Of a stretch of DNA of 64,000 nt, positions 42,401-55,821 are shown in pieces. The translations under genes and the position numbers were made by a program. The stretch covers positions 457,845 to 521,844 of the forward strand of contig JAQGDQ010000136.1 of assembly GCA_030141605.1 (NCBI GenBank). The letters run 5' to 3'. The stretch is from Tubiluchus corallicola. Its lineage: Eukaryota > Animalia > Priapulida. Under the pieces are notes generated by a model. It was not told the origin of the DNA, made no database searches, and was given only the letters and a program-made list of their open reading frames with translations. How positions within the stretch are numbered: position 1 is the stretch's first letter; each line of letters begins with the position of its first letter.

Positions 42401-45400
42401 GAAAAGAAAATTTTTGATTATTTAAAATGTTTTCACCAATTGGTAAAATGTTGCTGACTCACCTTCCAGGGTGCACCACTCACTAACCAAAAATGTATTT
42501 TTAATCTTATTGATAAGATACAGCAACTTGAAATTTTACTTGGTTATGTGTGTGCTACGAATGCTCTGATTATTTTTTCAAACTTTACTCAGTGTTATCT
42601 AAACTTGTTTCAAACGACTTATCGTCCAAATGACTGCATTTAATGGTCTTTGTGGAGTTTAAATTTATATGTTTTATACAGCTCGTGATTGCCGATTGAA
42701 GTCTTGCATTCAAAAAGGTAGTATGTAAGTGCTATAAAATTTCAATATAAATTTTTTGAAGTTTTATATAAGTGGAGGGTTTTCTTGTGCTTTAAGTAAA
42801 TTCCAAAACCAATAATAGTGACAAATTGAAATTACAAAACAAAAAACATACAATCAGCAAAAATCATCGAAACACAGATATACGATGACTGACAAAACAG
42901 TTTCACTGCCTTCACAGTATCAAAAAACTTCATGCACACTGGACACTCATTAATTCATCATAGTGTCTTCTGCTCGAGTGTATGTGTGGGGCCCAATTTG
43001 AACAAATATGTCTAATTGATTTAATTCAACTGTTGCTAATGCACATGTATGTCCTGTTTACTTAATCAGACATCAACCTCAATCGCACAACAAAAAATAG
43101 CAATAACATTAATTAGCCAAGTGTATTACCTCCATCCGAGAAACAATCCTTGAAGCCATATCCAGGACAAAATCAGCATCACTATAGCTGTTGGAGCTCC
43201 AAAAAAGAAAAAAGATGCAAAAGTCACAGCTGCTTCTTCTCCAAATGCTCTAAAATTGGAGGGAACAGATTATCACAAAATGTTACTCACTGCAGTAACT
43301 CAGCTTGAAATTGCCACAGAAAAAAGTCTTACTTCCCAAACAGTATTTGTACACAGATCAGAATTTCTAAAAGCAGTAATTGTGGGCAATAAGTATACAG
43401 AATCTAACACTGGTTAAAAAAAGGAACAGGCATAATAGGAACAACTTTGCAGCTCATCTTACTGCCAAAGCCAGGGTTATGTGGCACCATGACTTTTTTG
43501 TGACAACTGAATACCTTATAAGTCCAATATTCACCAAAATGTTCCCGTGACTAATTCCTGCGAAGATTGCAAGACCTTTGCACATTTTTGTAAATTTCGG
43601 GCTTTTTTGAAGCTCAAATCATGAGAATGTTGCACGAACTTCGCATAACATGTTTGCACATATTTGGCAACTTCTGCGACACAACAAAGCTAATATTCCA
43701 CGACATTTGCCCGAGCATTTTGCTATCATTTCATGACAATTTCATAGAATTTTTGAAGAAAAAGTGCAGGACAACCCATGTTCACCAAAATGTCACAAAA
43801 TGGTCGCAAAGCCGTCCAAGCATTCTCAAAAGCGCCGCAAAATGTTTGTCAAGTTGTTGACAAAAGTCACGACTGATTTGCAAACGTTTGGTGAATGTTA
43901 CAAATGTTTTGTGAAGTTTTGGCAAAGTGTCAAGTTTTGTGACTCCAGTGACAAATTTTAAATTTTAAATTTCTTTCGGCAATGCTGGTGGCCTTTTTGC
44001 GGCAACAGGCAAACACCTGTGAGTGTTTTGCAACTGTTTGGCTATGCGAAAGCCTGGCTTCACTACCTGTTTTTAGGAAACAGCTTTGAATCAAGGAATA
44101 TTAAACACAAGTAGTACCTCTGCTCATCAGTACATGACAGATTGATGGAACAAGTAAAAAAACAAATATATTTTTTAGAAAATCCTGTAAATTTGATGGT
44201 AAGTAAAATACCTTTCTACCTCTGCACTCATCACTAGGTTAGGTGGGGTACCTGTCATAGTGGCTGTTCCCCCGATGGAAGCACTGTACGCAATACTGAG
44301 AATCATTCCTTTCCTTAGCTTAATAGTTTCTGGTGTCTCTTTGTCTGAACTATCATCAACTGAAAACAAAAAGTAACAAGTGACAGAAATCAGTGCAAAA
44401 CTGCTGAAACACTTTCTGATAAGACAAACGGGCGGAAAAATAAATATTTATCCATCAACATATAGTTCTTGGTGTTTTTATTGTAAAGTTAGGAAACTTC
44501 GTAATTTGTACATTGCTGGTTGACATGATTGTATAACACTCTATATTTCTATCCATATGCCAAATTTTGGAGCCTGTCTAACTGTTACCATGGTCATTTA
44601 CTAAAAATATTATTACACTATAGACCCAATTTTTTTAAATATATGTAGAATTGTGCCAAAAAGCAAAGTTTTGTCTGAAGAACAGCAAAACTGTTCTGTA
44701 AAGAAAGCTAAATATTTTAAAGCAGAGTTGAAACTGAAACTTGAGTTTAAGAATATTTCTAAGCTTGACAGAGCAGGCTGGCACAATCCTGTAGATTCAG
44801 TTTGACTTATTTCCTTACCACTCTCTTCACTTTCCTCACTCATATGACTCGTTGTTTTTTTCAACTCCACTAATTCATTTAATATAGCAACAACAATGGG
44901 CAACATCATTGCAGTTGATGCTGTATTGCTGATCCACATGGATAAGAAGAACGTTGTTCCCATGACACCCAACATCAACCTAAAATTAACATACTCAAAA
45001 TATGCGTCTTGCTGAAAATTAGCAGCAACTGAAGGAAAACCAAAGAACAAGCTGCAAAGATCTACAAAATGAACAGTTTGTCTTACCAACGAGGTTGTGA
45101 GCCAACCATGGTCAAAATTCGTAGAGCTATCCTCTTATGAAGATTGACAGATTCCACAGCTAATGCAACAATTAATCCACCAACAAAGAGCATCAGAAGA
45201 TCCTGTAGAAATATAAGAAAAAACAAAAAAGGAATGCCAGGTTGAAACTTCCAGTTTTATTACTGCCTGGATGGCATATATAGTTAACATAGAATGATGT
45301 TATAATTTGGTTAAAAGCAAAACCATGAACACATAATTACGCTGTTTAAAAAAAAAACGGGTGGCTAGCAGAGTAAGAATTCAACTAATAAAGCATAAGT

Positions 45401-46653
45401 AGAAACAGAACAGAGCTGGATGTAATGGAGTTTTGATCAAGGGGTTATGTAATGGTCCATACATTCACACATTCTCAAAAATGTGTTCAGACGCTGTTAC
45501 CAATGTGAGTAACTTCGCAGTTACTGAATTTATAGGTCTATCTGCAACTAACTTGGGCTGGTAGTCTACTTTAAATGAAGGTTGAAGACCCATCCTTTTA
45601 GCTCTTTTGTCAATACTGTTGGCTGTTATCATAACCTAGTAATAAAAAAAAATAAAAATATATATAAAGAAAAATCACCTGAACATTATACATAGAGTTA
45701 ACAAAAAGTTGAGTTTTCTAGAGATACCTGTACGTAAGAGGAAGCGGTTTGTTCAGCATCAAGAATGCCCATCATAGGAAAAAGAACAATGGGTATCAGA
45801 GCTGTTATGCCAAGTGGGAGTGCCTCGGTCATCCAGTAAATAGCCATTACAATTATTGTGTAACCGCATTTTGATTCCTAAAATAAAGACTGTTTGAAAA
45901 AAAAAACGCCAGACGTGGCTCAAATCAAACATTAAAACAAAACCACTGTCAGTGAGCACGAATCCCACTGTGGTGAGAAATGGTAATGAAAGGAAATGAA
46001 AATGGTCCAACACTTTTTAGCAATTGTTAAATTTCGAATGGGTTTGTTACTTTGATTAGATTAGCAAAAGAAATCGGCCATATTTTTCAGTTCTAAAACC
46101 TAATGCTGACCATTCTTATATACTATTTGTAATTCATTTGGCAAGCACTACACACTATATCGTTTCATGACTATAAAACTAATTTACCGTAGACGTAACT
46201 ATATCATTCAGCCTTGCAAATTTCAGTTAAAAACGTGAGGACTTTATTGTGGCACATCACAACTAACTCACAGATACTAACCATGGCAAAAAAATGACAA
46301 AAAAGAACAAAAACAAATACTTACAGTCTCTCGGACAACGGATATCATTAGCCAAAGGCTATAAGCGACTCTTAACGAATACAACAACACTGAGACACCA
46401 CAAATAAATAACACAAATAACTACTGTTTGCAGCGATACAGGTGGTAGTGAGATTTGAATTCGGGCTGCAGGCACAGAAGCACCCACACCCACAGCCCGT
46501 TATCTTAACCACTCGGCCACCCCTATTGACACAATAAGTTAAGATTAAACCACTTACCGTTCCTGGCACGAAAGAAAGTGGCAATAAAATCAATGGAGTC
46601 AAAACAAGAACCAGAGTCTGCCAGTAAACCAACAATTTAAACAGCCAAGTCAT
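36452..46653 (-). CDS. SLC13/DASS family Na+-coupled di/tricarboxylate cotransporter (INDY/NaDC-like, 561 aa, 13 exons)
   Basis: Exons 46558-46653, 45728-45877, 45087-45202, 44819-44979, 44212-44359, 43130-43249, 40771-40869, 40568-40678, 39122-39210, 38720-38835, 38029-38193, 37371-37508, 36452-36628 are in frame (1686 nt). Motifs [68 protein letters not shown]. The exact paralog cannot be assigned. Confidence 0.95.
43469..44059. mobile_element. Foldback-type MITE (possibly Harbinger-related) in an SLC13 intron
   Basis: Termini AGCCAGG ... CCTGGCT; internal repeated and inverted blocks (TTCACCAAAATGT / ACGTTTGGTGAA, GTGAC/GTCAC). Confidence 0.55.
46441..46523 (-). mobile_element. tRNA-derived SINE head / pseudo-tRNA
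   Basis: A-box TGGCCGAGTGG and B-box-like AATTCAAATCT; no valid anticodon arm. Confidence 0.55.
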
Positions 46654-47869
46654 TCTGGCTGTCTGACCACCTTGTGCAAATTACTGTCGCTCTGACGTAG
46701 ACACTCAGTCCACTAACATCTAAATTAAATTATTATTCAATTCAGTTGCAATTAATTGTCAAAACTAGGTACATGAATAGTTATTATTCTAATTGAATAC
46801 CTAATAGTCTATTCATATGCCCAGTTTGATAATTTAATGCAGTGAGTGGTAATTTTCACGTCGAAGTAATATATTTAGAAAGTTAGCATGCACAGTCGTA
46901 TTTTACATACTATCTTGGCCCTGAACCAGTTAAGTGCTTGTCGAGTGCCGAGAATCTTAATTATTTGCAAATGAGTCACTGTCCAACTTTTCAGACTGAG
47001 AGTGTGACTGGAGTACCGCAGCAACCACAAACTGACACAAGAACGACAACAACTGCATCAACAGCAACAACAATAGCATCTAGAGCAGTAGTGACAGTAC
47101 TAATAACTGTAAAAATAATGGTACGAGCATCAGCATTAACAGCAAAATCAGTAGTAACATCAAATTAACATTACCACTGTTACTAAACAAAAAGTAAATT
47201 AAAAAGCACAATTTAGCACTAAAACTAAAACATTAGTCCACAAATTATATCAGCAGATTAATAAATGTAGGCATTTTTCTCAGCAAGTCATATTTACCAG
47301 TTGCTCAATATTTATTTAGAAATCCAGTTCGACATAGCACCTAGCATCATTTATAATGCAGTGTGTTTTACCAATGTTTGCTAAGCTTCCGTTTACGCAC
47401 AAGTAGCTCTACTTACCTTGGTAATTCATACTACATCATAAACATGTCCTGTTCACACATTATGCCATGTTTATATAAAATCGTAAGTCTAATGGTGAGT
47501 ACAGCAAGCAGGTGACCTCCTAAATCATTTCAAAACTTATTCACTGCTAGTCTGCTGCAGGGCATTAAAGCAAGATTATACTTCACGTGTTATTAGCTTT
47601 TTGACGCATGCCCTAACTGTTATTCATGCAGGTATAAATCTTAGCAGTTTTGAAAGCTTGTTTAGTAAAATAAAAAAGCTGAGATAAGCAAAACTGTAAT
47701 AACTTTTAGCTGATTTAGATACATGGTAAAATTTCCCCAACAGAAACTTGGTGTTTCTGAAACAGTAAGAGTAAGATGACAAAAATGCTTGAACTCACAC
47801 AACATATTGCTATTAAAAGTATGTTGTGTAAACACAACCTAATTTAGAAAAGCCTTGATGCATCATAGC

Positions 47870-48290
47870 TATGAGTTTACAGAAAGAGTGGTGTTTATAA
47901 ATTGGTATAAGCAGATGATGTGCCAAATAGTTGAATATGGAGCACCTATTTGGTTCACTGTTAGAGTATGGTACATTTTTATGTACCATAAAAATGATAT
48001 TAAAAAATTTACGATGAAGTTATTTTTACTTCACAACACAGAGAACACCCAAACATTACAAGAACTTAAACTTCCTACGTTTATATAACGACGGAGTTCA
48101 TGATGAACTAAGGGCAATACGATAAGTTTGTCCCGCTATAGCAAATGAAGTCTTTGATCTATTCTTCTCTATACAATGTAACATTCATTCCCATAACACT
48201 CGTAAAAGCAGTCTTGAACTGTATAGGAAGTCAACAACTCACAACAGCATGGACTCGTCTAACATTTTTGCTAATCAATAATCGGCATGG
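47870..48290 (+). mobile_element. CR1/L2-group LINE 3' fragment
   Basis: VVFINWYKQMMCQIVEYGAPIW and LQELKLPT resemble LYKxxVRPxLEYxxxVW and RLxxLxLxTL. Confidence 0.6.
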
Positions 48291-49161
48291 CTGTGATTAA
48301 GAAAACATCATTTATTTGTATCAGAAGTGCATATTAAGAGAGTAAACTGCCTCTAAAAGAGGTATCTCCGAGTGTCTCCCCGCAACCATATCCAATGATA
48401 AGAAGTGTACAGTTAATCAATAAACCAATGAGAATACCCCACAGAAGTCGCTTACAAGATTTGATGTGGGCCACGTGGATGGACTGATAATTTATGTGTA
48501 ATTTTCTTGTTGCTTTGTTCAGTGACAATTTAACAAAAAAGGCAAGTTCTGTAGTTAAATACTGTGTATTGGTGTTTAGACCGTCCGTCGATAAATCACC
48601 ATGCTTATAATATTAACGAGACGAACGAGACGACACATAGTAATTGTGGTTGACTTCAATAACTTGGTTTTTTATCGTCACCTTTCACGGACAAATTTTC
48701 ATAAAATTTTTCTAGACATACAGCATTTTAGATAAAGATGATTTAAATTCTCATTCTCTCACCTGGCAGATGATACAGTAAGCACTGCCAAACATCTAAT
48801 GTAAAGCAATATAACTGACGTCAAACATATTGGTCTATCGTTCTGCCTCCGCTGTAACATAAGCACGCTCAGCGACATTCGGCAACAGCTCACGCTGGAC
48901 AACAACTGTCTAAACTAAACTAAACAACATGAGAGCCACTACTAATGTCTAATCAGCAGATAAACTAATTGCACTTTTTATAAACACAAATTTGCATAGC
49001 ATCAGCAATTTTTGCCCGAAATTAACACTTCAAGTAGCCAAAAAAATGACCTTTCAATTTAAACAGAATGTAGAGACGAAGTTTCAAAACACTACAAAAT
49101 ACAGAGACATAAGTATAATAAAGAAACTAAACGAATTAGCCTTGCTTTACAAGTAATGAAC

Positions 49162-49684
49162 AACAATAATATTAAGTCTCTCTTGCCTTTGAACATACGA
49201 ACATCATGCTGCAATGTATTTTTTCTACATTAACTGATCATGTGCTTGTCTGCAAGATTTATTCAGTTTTTGTATTTTTCCATCTGTTAGGCTACGGAAA
49301 TGGAATAAATTTGATAATTCCATTCCATAGACAATGCTTATATTGAATGCCCAAGTTACATAAGTCAAAATGGCATCTTTTAACCATGATTATGACCAAA
49401 AATAGCGTAAAATTAACTAATAAATAACAATAATATTAAGTCTCTCTTGCCATACGAACATCGTGCCTGCAATATATTTTTTCTATATTAACTGATCATG
49501 TGCTCGTCTGCAAGATTAATTCATTTTTGTATTTTTCCGTTTGCTAGGCTACGGAAATGGAATAAATTTGATATTGCCATTCCATAGACAACAACACTTA
49601 TATTGAATGGCCGAGTTACATAAGTCCAAATGGCATCTTTTAACCATAGTTATAACCAAAAAATAGCGTAAAATTAACTAATAT
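49162..49684. repeat. About 264-bp tandem duplication (2 copies)
   Basis: AACAATAATATTAAGTCTCTCTTGCC...AAAATAGCGTAAAATTAACTAATA starts at 49162 and again at 49426. Confidence 0.9.
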
Positions 49685-51696
49685 CATATTGATGTAAAAT
49701 ATAAGTTTTGACCACATTTGAATTAATTTTGACTGTGAAGATCTCACTGAAGTTTATTAAAACTGGCTAGAAAAGAAAACATTTTGTTTTGTCTTTATTT
49801 AAAATTAATCAAATAGTAGTTTTTACCTAACTTGCAAAGCCATAAACTAAAGTAAACTGCATATTTTCTTGATGGCAAAGTGGTTTAATCAGCAACTCAT
49901 AGATGTAGGCGTTGTGCATTTCTTCCTACAAACGAAACCAGACTATATATTTCCACTAATTCACTTGCATTTTCCATTGGCAATAATAAAATCTAGAACA
50001 ACGCCAATATTTCTTCCGCTAACTAATGAAGAAGTTGAGCATTTTTCATAGCAGTTTTAGACGCAGCTGTAGCTAAATGTCCCGAATGTACCTGTGTTAA
50101 TCAAGCTCTGCAGGGGTGCGAAATAACTTGCACACTGATTGAGCCATCAAAGAAAATGAATGACATTGTCAGACATCAATTGCCAATGGGAAATTCCACA
50201 ATTAAAGAGCCATGACCCTAAAATTTCAATTTGTTTTTTTCCATGATTTTTGTGTTTGACTTAGTAAAAGACACATTGAAGTTTCAGGGAAAAGTATTTG
50301 TCAGGGTATATTGTTAGTTTTAGATGGTGAATTCACCACTTTTGAATGAGTGTACTTTCATGCTATATTTCATTGGCAAAATCTGTATACTGGTAAAGAA
50401 GCTATAATTCAAAATAAATAATGCATTTCAGTCAAAAGAATCAAATTCATATAAGCAGTGTAGTGTCTTCAAGGATTTACAATGGCAAAATTGACAGATA
50501 GGACTTGAAAATGTCAATAGTGCCACTAACCGAAAAAAAGCCACAAAATGCAACTAACCGAAAAACGAATTTATTTACCTCCCGAGAATATACAATCTCC
50601 ACAAAGCACATTACTTCCAATTTTGCTACTGTGTGCAATGATTAGTTAAAATATGAAAACAAGTATCAGTAATCATGATAGAAGTTAAAAATATTAGCAG
50701 TCAAAATGTGGTACATTACTAACCAAGCTGTAATGTTACTAACCGTGATATGAGTGAATTTTTCTTATACACTGCTTGAAATGGTCAATGTGCCGATACG
50801 GTAAGATGGACAAACTGTAACGTTACTAACCATGATTTTCGTCTCTAATTTTCAAAGTTATAATGAGTAAAGATATTTGGCTTGAATATTGCCCTTAAAG
50901 GTAGCAGTGATGAAGAGGTGTTAATACCTTTGAAGCATATTACATTTTAGGAAACTTTTCATTCAAAGATGCTCATTAATTTCTTTTGTCCTTTTTTGTA
51001 ACGTTACTAACCGACATTAAAAGCAATGCTTTCTTCTTTATTATTTCATGATATGTTTTCATTCTTTCCTGTCTTCTAGGTCTAGAGTAGATTAATGTAT
51101 TTAACATGAGTGGACTTAATATCAATAGATAAAAAATGCTTCTTATTTAAAACATGAGAACATCCCAATTAAGGTTACTAATCATGGAAGTGCCCCAATA
51201 CATGGGCTTTAGTGAAAGATATAAAATGAATCTAATCAGTGGTTACTGATTAGTTAGCAACAGCAAGAATGTATGCTATCGATACCATTTCAGGTAAAAA
51301 TACAATCAAAGACAACTGTCACTACTATCAAAACAAGACATATTTTGCTACTTTTGTACGATATCTCTGCCATCTGAAAACGGAAATTTCCATTCGGAAA
51401 GAAAAAAAAATCCGCGATTTGGTGGCAAGACTACTAAGAGCAATGGCATAAATTTTGGGATACATTTAGAACTATCTATCGAAAAGTCCGACCACCGTAT
51501 AGTAACATTGCAAAAATCAAAGTTAAATAATTAATTTTGGCAAAGTAGTTTTTAATAATAATGGGATCCTTTACTATAGGAATACATAAAAATCTGCAAA
51601 ACTTTTTTGATGTAGCAGTTATTCTTTAATACACAGTTTTGAAAGGTATCTATATCCACCTCATCAAATAATGAATAATTTGTAATTAACTGTAAA

Positions 51697-52940
51697 AGCC
51701 CGTTTTCACTAGCGTTTTCCATGCTCAGTGGAAATAGATATTGCTATGTGGTAGCAAGCACTGTAAACATGGCATATATTTCCATGAAGTATGTTGTTTG
51801 TCATCTAATCTTGAGTGAAAATTTCATCAAGACTGCTGCAAAATGCTTACTCTACAAGCGACGATACAAAATGGGACGACGACCAGCTCATAATGGGATC
51901 GCAAGGTGTAATCATAGTGGTTTATCGCAGAAGATGGAAGATACCCCAGAGTTTGGTACAATGCTTAGAATGAATCGAAACCTTTTCGAGCAACTACTCA
52001 CCATAGTTGAGTCAAGAATGTCAAGAACTGAGCTTCATTTAAAGCCAGTTGTCCCACCTACTGTTGCACTAGAACTGACACTCGGGTATTTGGCTGATGG
52101 ATGTTCATACAGAGCGCTTTCTTACGAATGTCGAGTAAGTACAACATACATTTGTACAAATGTATCGTTGTGTGTGATGCCATTTACCAAGCACTCTCAG
52201 GTTATGTGAAAGTCCCGTCTACTTCCAGCGAATGGGAACAGATTGCGTTAGATTTTGAAGAGAAGTGGAACATCCCCCACTGCACTGGTGCTGTGGACGG
52301 CAAGTACGTTTCAGTTTTTAAACCGACTAATGCAGGATTTGAGTTCTTCAACTTTAAAAGTTTTTTTCAATTGTAATTTTAGCTGCTGTTAGTGCATTAT
52401 AGGGTTTGATCTCGGAAGACCAGGTGCAACCAGTGACCCAAGCATCTTCAATGGTTGAGTACTGAGTGACGTATTGCTTATGCCATGTATCCCAAAGCCA
52501 GAAAAAATACTAGAATATCCACCAATTGGGTACTTTTATATAGGTGATGAAGCATTTCCTCGTGTGCCTAAAATGATGAAGCAATTTCTTCGATGCAATG
52601 AAAACATTTCTGAAGAGGTATTGTTCAATGACATGCGAATCAGCAACCTGCAGCAAAAATGCTGCGATATAAATTTTCACTAGCGTTTTTGCTGGCGTAG
52701 CAAAAAAAAAGTTCTAACATTCAAAAGCTTTTTTCTCGCTGCAGCATTAACCATTTTCACTGCATTTTGCGTGCCGTTTTAACAAGCGATATCACTTCAC
52801 ACTGAGTTTAACGTTTTCACAGGTGTTTTTATCGCTGCAGCATTACAGCGTTTTCTCACTAGCGTTTTTCTACAAGAGCTTCTTTAATGCTGTAGCAATA
52901 GATGTTTTGACGAGCGTTTTTGCAGCGATTTTGTCAGCAA
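51697..52940 (+). mobile_element. PIF/Harbinger transposon remnant with frameshifted HARBI1-like DDE transposase
   Basis: LRMNRNLFEQLL, LELTLGYLADGCSY, VPSTSSEWEQIALDFEEKWNIPHCTGAVDGKYV, FFNFKSFF, YIGDEAFP; left terminus AGCCCGTTTTCACTAGCG. Confidence 0.9.
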
Positions 52941-52976
52941 GTATAGTCAACGTTTATCATTAACTCGGAGAATGAC

Positions 52977-53140
52977 TTAGTAACTCGGGGGCGAAGGAGT
53001 TAGTAACTCGAGGGAAGGAGTTGTAACTCGGGGGAAGGAGTTAATAACTCGGGTGAAGGAGTTAGTAACTCGAGTGAACGAGTTAATAACTAGGGGGAAC
53101 AAGTTAGTAACTCATGGGAGCGAGTTCGTAACTGGTGGGA
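52977..53140. repeat. About 21-bp minisatellite (TTAGTAACTCGGGGGAAGGAG), about 8 units
   Basis: Direct tandem units visible in the sequence. Confidence 0.9.
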
Positions 53141-53289
53141 ATAAACTAAAAGAATTATCCACGGACTGTACACTGGCCTAAGGAGAACTCAAATCCCAAA
53201 AAATTTCGTTCAAGCATCTCACCCTTTGACTGGGCAACAAGTTGTTTCCTTTGTTCCAATTGGTGTAAACTGATCCACGTTGATCGTGA

Positions 53290-53990
53290 TCAATTCACAG
53301 AGGTTTGTACATTAGACACAGTGCAAGAAGTAAAGGAACATCCATGGTTCAGAAAATATTCAAGTGATACTTTGTAATGATCTTGTTGCAATCAAGGTCA
53401 TATACCACTTAAGGCATTATAAGTATTTTATGAAATTGCAGTACATCAGGTCGACCAGTTGATGATGCCATGAACAATTATTTTCAACTCAATTACTGTG
53501 TCACTGCTGGGAGACAGAGGGAGTAGCAGAAATTTATACCACCACTGAGCTACAGGAACGGTTGTAGCAACAGGTGGAAAATGGCATTGGAAATATATAG
53601 TGAAAATGGTTGAAACAGAAGCTAAAAATTCATTATGGGATTACATTTTTTGCTTACATGTAGAAAAGAAGTTGTGTGTTTTAAGAACATGGCAACATTT
53701 CTTAATAAATGGCCCAGGTTTGCCAAAATGATAAAAAAAGTTGTAGTCGCAGCTGCAAAGCTAGTACAAGAAGAGATTAGTGAGCGAGAATACGTTAAAA
53801 CAGATTTTCCAAATACACATGACACGAAAGATTTGCAAAGCTGCTGATAATTTCTAACACTCAGCTTGACAAGATTTTTGGACACTTTGTTGAACAATAA
53901 CATGAAATCAGTGAGTATAGGACATGCAATTACCTCAGCAGTTCAGCCAGGATTGGTTTTTCACAATTATTATTTGGTTTGTGGGTGGAG
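53290..53990 (+). mobile_element. Degenerate DNA-transposon protein N-terminus, Academ-like
   Basis: CNDLVAIKVIYH, VVCFKNMA, VVAAAKLVQEEI..Y..FP, FLTLSLTRFL and SVSIGHAITSAVQP resemble motifs I associate with Academ (XPG/Cys-finger) proteins; the family assignment is inference. Confidence 0.5.
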
Positions 53991-54079
53991 CTTTGGGGAT
54001 GTTGCAAATTAAAATGAGCTGTAGAACAAAAAAGAGGATCTTCACGGGTGGGGAGACAAAGATAAGTTGCTGGCATTGT

Positions 54080-55240
54080 CAGATTTCTAAAGTCAATAAT
54101 ACGCCTGCCAAACACCTGGTCGCTTAATGACATGGAACTTCGCCAAGGAATAAACAGCAATGTTATAGACACTCTTAAGTTAAGGGTTCAAGAAAATACG
54201 CGACAAAGTAACTTAATATCACTTTGATGAAATGTCACTACAGATGAACTTAACTTATTCAAAAGGTTATGACAGGTGTGAAAGACTTCGAGGATTTTGG
54301 TCAGAACATGAGGGTATAAAAAGTGGAAACATTGGGGTGTGCAGTGTAACGATTCAAGGATATAGTTCGTTACAGGGAGGTCGCAACAAATAGAGTATAT
54401 GTTCAGTGTGCCTACGGTTAAACCAAAACAAATGAAAAGCTTCTTATAAAACAATAGATACTTTAGAAGAGAGAGGGTTCACAATGAAATGTGTCATTTG
54501 CGATCAAGGTCCCAATTTTATATCAATAATACAAAATCTTGGGTGTAGACAGCCTCTCCAGACAGGCCATATTTTTTTTCTTCATGTCTATAGAGGTTCA
54601 TGTATTGTATGATCCTTCTCAGCTTTCAAAAATGGCTTTGCATGTTGACTCCCTTCATGTTGCAAATAAGCCTAATGAGATTTTTTAATAACTTTTTTTA
54701 ATATAATCAATAACAAAAATTTTATTTAGCATGCAGGCTAACACAAAATGTGCCTGCATTGCCCAGCATGAAAGTCAAATATGCAGCGTAAGTGCTCAGC
54801 CAACCAGCCAATGCCAGCTCAGCAGGCATTGAAACGTACGTGAGGTTTAAGTCATTGACTGTGGCAGCAATGGACACTGCATGGATCTATAACTTAGCAG
54901 ATCAACACTTTGAAATATTTAATAACTCTGCTCATACACCTGGACATAAAGCCAAATCCAAGAAGGATCTAAGCTTGCCGCTGTCACCCAACTCTCCATC
55001 TTGAAAATCACAAACAGTTACGGATAATTGGTACAGAGAGAGTTGAAAAGTTTTTAAAGCTGCATAGTAATGCCAGTAACTCTAAATTCGCTAGGTGGAT
55101 CCATGACTATCGCAGTTAGAATCATTACAGCATTATCCGAGTATGTGTGAGCTGTGTTGGATTGATGGGTGCACAGGCCTATGCTCGCACTGAGAAACTC
55201 AACTTTCCTGGCGGCACCCCCGTAATCAAAGACCTTGCAC
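54080..55240 (+). mobile_element. P-element/THAP9-like transposase pseudogene
   Basis: Ordered motifs FDEMSL (54223), CVICDQGPNF (about 54499), YDPSQL and MKVKYAA*VLS (54768), with frameshifts and stops. Confidence 0.8.
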
Positions 55241-55821
55241 GCTCTGGACAGTACGTAACCTAGATGGCTCCTGAATCCATATTGTGGAGCAGATTTCTAC
55301 GTAACTGCACATTTTGTACAGTACGTGTATATCATCACTTTCAACATCTTTTATCGACACAGGTGATCATCTATTATACCAGTCTCTAACATTTTCACAT
55401 TCAAATAAAAGACGAGATGTTAGTAAGAAATTGTACATAGATTTTGTAGAGAAATTAGAGGTGTAAGATTTATTTTTTAGGACAAAGGCTCATTGTTAAC
55501 ATAAAGAGAAAATGGCACTGAAGGAACCGCCACACCCTAAGACTTGTGTCAGAGCAGGTGGAAACGAATTCCAGCTAGTGCTGACATCATGAGATATAAT
55601 GGAGTGTGCGAAGCAGCAGAAGGGAGTTGATTACTGGACATGAAGGTGAACAGATGTATTTAAGCTGTGCTCTCAGTAGCTGGATCAAAGGTAAAGGCTC
55701 GCTTCAGTTAGCAGCAGGAAGACAAGAGTCAAGGAAATAAAAGAAGTAATTATCCAATTTAAATAACAAAAAATTCGTATTGCATCTCAATCATGACAGT
55801 ATTATCAAGAAGTATATACAT

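Noticed and set aside
45720-45727. SLC13 intron donor GTATCTCT as a second U12 intron
   Set aside because: It deviates from GTATCCTT, and the acceptor has a pyrimidine tract with no CCTTAAC branch site.
46441-46523. Functional tRNA gene
   Set aside because: A/B boxes are present, but the acceptor and anticodon stems do not form.
52977-53140. CRISPR-like array
   Set aside because: Contiguous tandem units without unique spacers, eukaryotic context, and no cas genes.
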